From Candidatus Iainarchaeum sp. (GTDB taxonomy: Archaea; Iainarchaeota; Iainarchaeia; Iainarchaeales; JAGVWC01): a stretch of 15,087 nt of DNA. The notes under the pieces were generated by a model, which was not told the DNA's origin, ran no database searches, and worked only from the letters and a program-made list of their open reading frames with translations. This document shows positions 12,900 to 15,087 of the stretch, in pieces (position 1 is the first letter of the stretch; each line of letters begins with the position of its first letter). The stretch spans positions 1 to 15,087 of the forward strand of contig JAGVWC010000013.1 in the NCBI GenBank assembly GCA_018304465.1. Direction: 5' to 3'. Both the position numbers and the translations under genes were made by a program.

Positions 12900-13230
12900 T
12901 TACGACGTTTTTTTTTCGAACAAGAGGAAAAAACGAATCGAAACAGGCGCGGAGTCGGGAAAAGAATTCGCTTGACAAAACAAAACCAGAAAAAAATTTT
13001 CAATCGGAATCACGAACAAAAAACGCTTCCAACCAACGATCCGAGTGTAAAAAAAACTGCGAATCAAAAGAGTACGAAAAGAAACCGAAGAATGAACCAA
13101 TAACCGTGGATTCAAAGACCAAAGCGGTCCTCGAAAGCAACTCTTTTCCCGTCGCAAAGATACTCCCCAAAAACAAGAGAAGCGCCCCGCCCACCAGCCA
13201 AACCGCTTGATTCCACAAAAAAACCGCAAG
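12900..13230 (-). pseudogene. Possible degraded small membrane-protein gene
   Basis: Hydrophobic segments are split over two frames (AVWLVGGALLLFLGSIFA.. and ..FLFVIPIENFFLVLF); no ATG start. Confidence 0.25.
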
Positions 13231-13288
13231 TTACACTTTTGAGGGTTCCAAATTCGAAGAACGATAATCTGGTTATCCGAAAAAAAGT

Positions 13289-14458
13289 TTACTTTGGGGC
13301 TTTCGGATGTTTTTTTCCGGAAACGACCGCCAAATACACGCCCACATACTGGGACACGATGCTTTCTTCCGAAAGCGGCCGCGCCGTTTCAATCGCCTTA
13401 CGCGAAAAATTCTTTTGCAGGGTTTTTGAAGAAAAAAGTTTTTCAACTTTGTCCGCGCCGGTTTTGGGATCCCCCGGCGGAAACAAAAAACCATTTTCGT
13501 TTTCTTTCACCGAATTCGGAATACCCAAAAAATCGACTCCGACACACGGCACTCCCGCGGCCATGGCTTCCAAAATCGTCAGGCCTTGCGTCTCGATCGT
13601 GGACGCCGTTACCATGCAATGACACTTGGCAACTTCCAACGCCAACTGCTCATCGCGAAGAACCCCCCTAAAACGCACATGCGATCCGACTTTCAATTCC
13701 AACGCGGTTTTTTTCAAAAACTCTTCCGCGGGACCGCTGCCGACAATCACGAGCTCCACGGACAACTTGCGATCCAGCAAAAGACGAAGCATTTCAAGCA
13801 AAACCTCAATGTTTTTTTCAAAACTCAAACGACCGAAAAAAACCAGCGAAAACAATTTGGACGACCGCTTCGAATCCGCAAAACGATTAAACAACGAAAA
13901 CCGGATGGGATTCGACAACACCTTTGCGGGAATCCCGTTTTTTTCGAGTTCCACCGCCATTTCTTGGGTCGGCGTCGTCACCACGTCCGCGCGCCGATAA
14001 AACAATTCCGTGTACCGCCACGTCAAAAACTTGGCCAACCGCGTTTTGTTGAACACGGGAATAGGAAGATACATCAAAAATTCCGGAATCAACGTATGAT
14101 ACGTGGCGACCACTGGAATCCGATGACGCCGCGCCCAACGCGAACCCATCCAACCCAACGAAAACGGCGTGTGCACGTGCACGACATCGGGCTTGAAATC
14201 CAAAAACGCTTTTTTGGCCGACCACGACGTGGGCGAAGAAATCCGATACGCGTCATACGCGAAAAAACCAACGCTTCGAACCCACACAACATCCAAGCCA
14301 GCCGCCAAACGACGCGCTTCTTTCAGATTCACGGGCTTTGGAACAAAAAAACGAACCTGATGACCCTGCTTTTCAAGACTTTTTGCGGTCGACACAATGC
14401 TTGAAACGACCCCGTCCACGGAAGGAAAAAAAGTATCCGCAAAGATCGCAATCTTCAT
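13289..14458 (-). CDS. GT4 (GT-B fold) glycosyltransferase, 1,2-diacylglycerol 3-alpha-glucosyltransferase-like
   Basis: MKIAIFADTFFPSVDGVVSS, PDVVHVHTPF, VATYHT, FFGRLSFEKN, ETQGLTILEAMAAG (E-x7-E); 389 aa. Confidence 0.92.
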   Translation of the reverse strand: MKIAIFADTFFPSVDGVVSSIVSTAKSLEKQGHQVRFFVPKPVNLKEARRLAAGLDVVWVRSVGFFAYDAYRISSPTSWSAKKAFLDFKPDVVHVHTPFSLGWMGSRWARRHRIPVVATYHTLIPEFLMYLPIPVFNKTRLAKFLTWRYTELFYRRADVVTTPTQEMAVELEKNGIPAKVLSNPIRFSLFNRFADSKRSSKLFSLVFFGRLSFEKNIEVLLEMLRLLLDRKLSVELVIVGSGPAEEFLKKTALELKVGSHVRFRGVLRDEQLALEVAKCHCMVTASTIETQGLTILEAMAAGVPCVGVDFLGIPNSVKENENGFLFPPGDPKTGADKVEKLFSSKTLQKNFSRKAIETARPLSEESIVSQYVGVYLAVVSGKKHPKAPK

Positions 14459-14518
14459 CTCAAATCAACAAAACTAAACCCAAAAACCCCTATTAAACAT
14501 TCCGATTGACTCCTTTGA

Positions 14519-15087
14519 TCACTTTTTGAAGTATTCGTATCCGATCGCGCCCAAGGCTAATACAATCACGCTAATTGAGACCCATAAAATCGGATCGGAT
14601 TCCGAAACCGGTTCTAATTGCCGTGAAATCTTTGAACAAACACCTTGCTTGCACACGCTTCCAATGTCGCACGGTTCGCCTTCGCCCACCATAACATTGA
14701 TTACGAATACAACGGGAAATCGAACACGACGTTGAAACCCCGCAATCCGAATCGCTTTCACACGCCTTGTTCTGCGGAATAAGCGGAACCGTGATGGGAT
14801 TTTCGCTTCCATCCGGACGATTAATATTCACGTCAATAATTCCTCCACCCGTCGGATCACAATCCGTCGGACACGTTTGTTTCGATTCACGAGCATCACA
14901 GATTCCATTGCCACAACCAATCGCACAATCAAACGGACACGAAAAATTATTTTCGGTATGCGTACACGCACGATCACCGCAAACGTTAGGACAATCCAAG
15001 GGACATACCGACGCATTTTCATCCACTTCACAAATATTGTTACCGCACGAAACACTCGTTGAACCGCCGCCAGCAGGTTCAAACAAC
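14519..15087 (-). CDS. C-terminal part of a Cys-rich surface protein with a C-terminal TM anchor; apparent frameshift at ~14684-14690; 5' end outside the window
   Basis: First frame: three CG(N/D)xxCxxxExxxxCPxDC repeats, then CESDSDC..C...C....CY. Second frame continues EGEPCDIGSVCKQGVC..ILWVSISVIVLALGAIGYEYFKK-stop. Confidence 0.8.
14859..15047 (-). repeat. Three tandem Cys-rich protein repeats (~21-22 aa period)
   Basis: CGNNICEVDENASVCPLDC / CGDRACTHTENNFSCPFDC / CGNGICDARESKQTCPTDC. Confidence 0.9.

Noticed and set aside
9156-14404. Plus-strand ORFs up to 272 aa opposite the large surface-protein and GT4 genes
   Set aside because: They are antisense shadows of real genes with no recognisable domains.

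Overview
Archaeal window, most consistent with a DPANN lineage (Iainarchaeota/Diapherotrites-like is an inference). Its centre is a complete minus-strand rRNA operon (16S, tRNA-Ala(UGC), 23S; no linked 5S) with a promoter and long processing stems. Flanking genes: two large secreted beta-helix surface proteins, a HAD phosphatase, a small lipoprotein, a low-GC DUF4258/DUF2283 toxin-antitoxin pair, a GT4 glycosyltransferase and a frameshifted Cys-rich membrane protein. The most striking signal is in the rRNA. Many near-invariant functional nucleotides are changed in the peptidyl-transferase centre (E. coli numbering A2503C, U2504C, G2576U, A2453U, A2448G, U2586A), the A-loop and the decoding centre (C1054U, G1405A with C1496U), while nearby stems keep compensatory pairing. 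Other leads are an extreme D-x-N motif enrichment in one surface protein and a structured ~140-nt leader upstream of the other. All rRNA alignments and motif counts were done by hand against remembered reference sequences.
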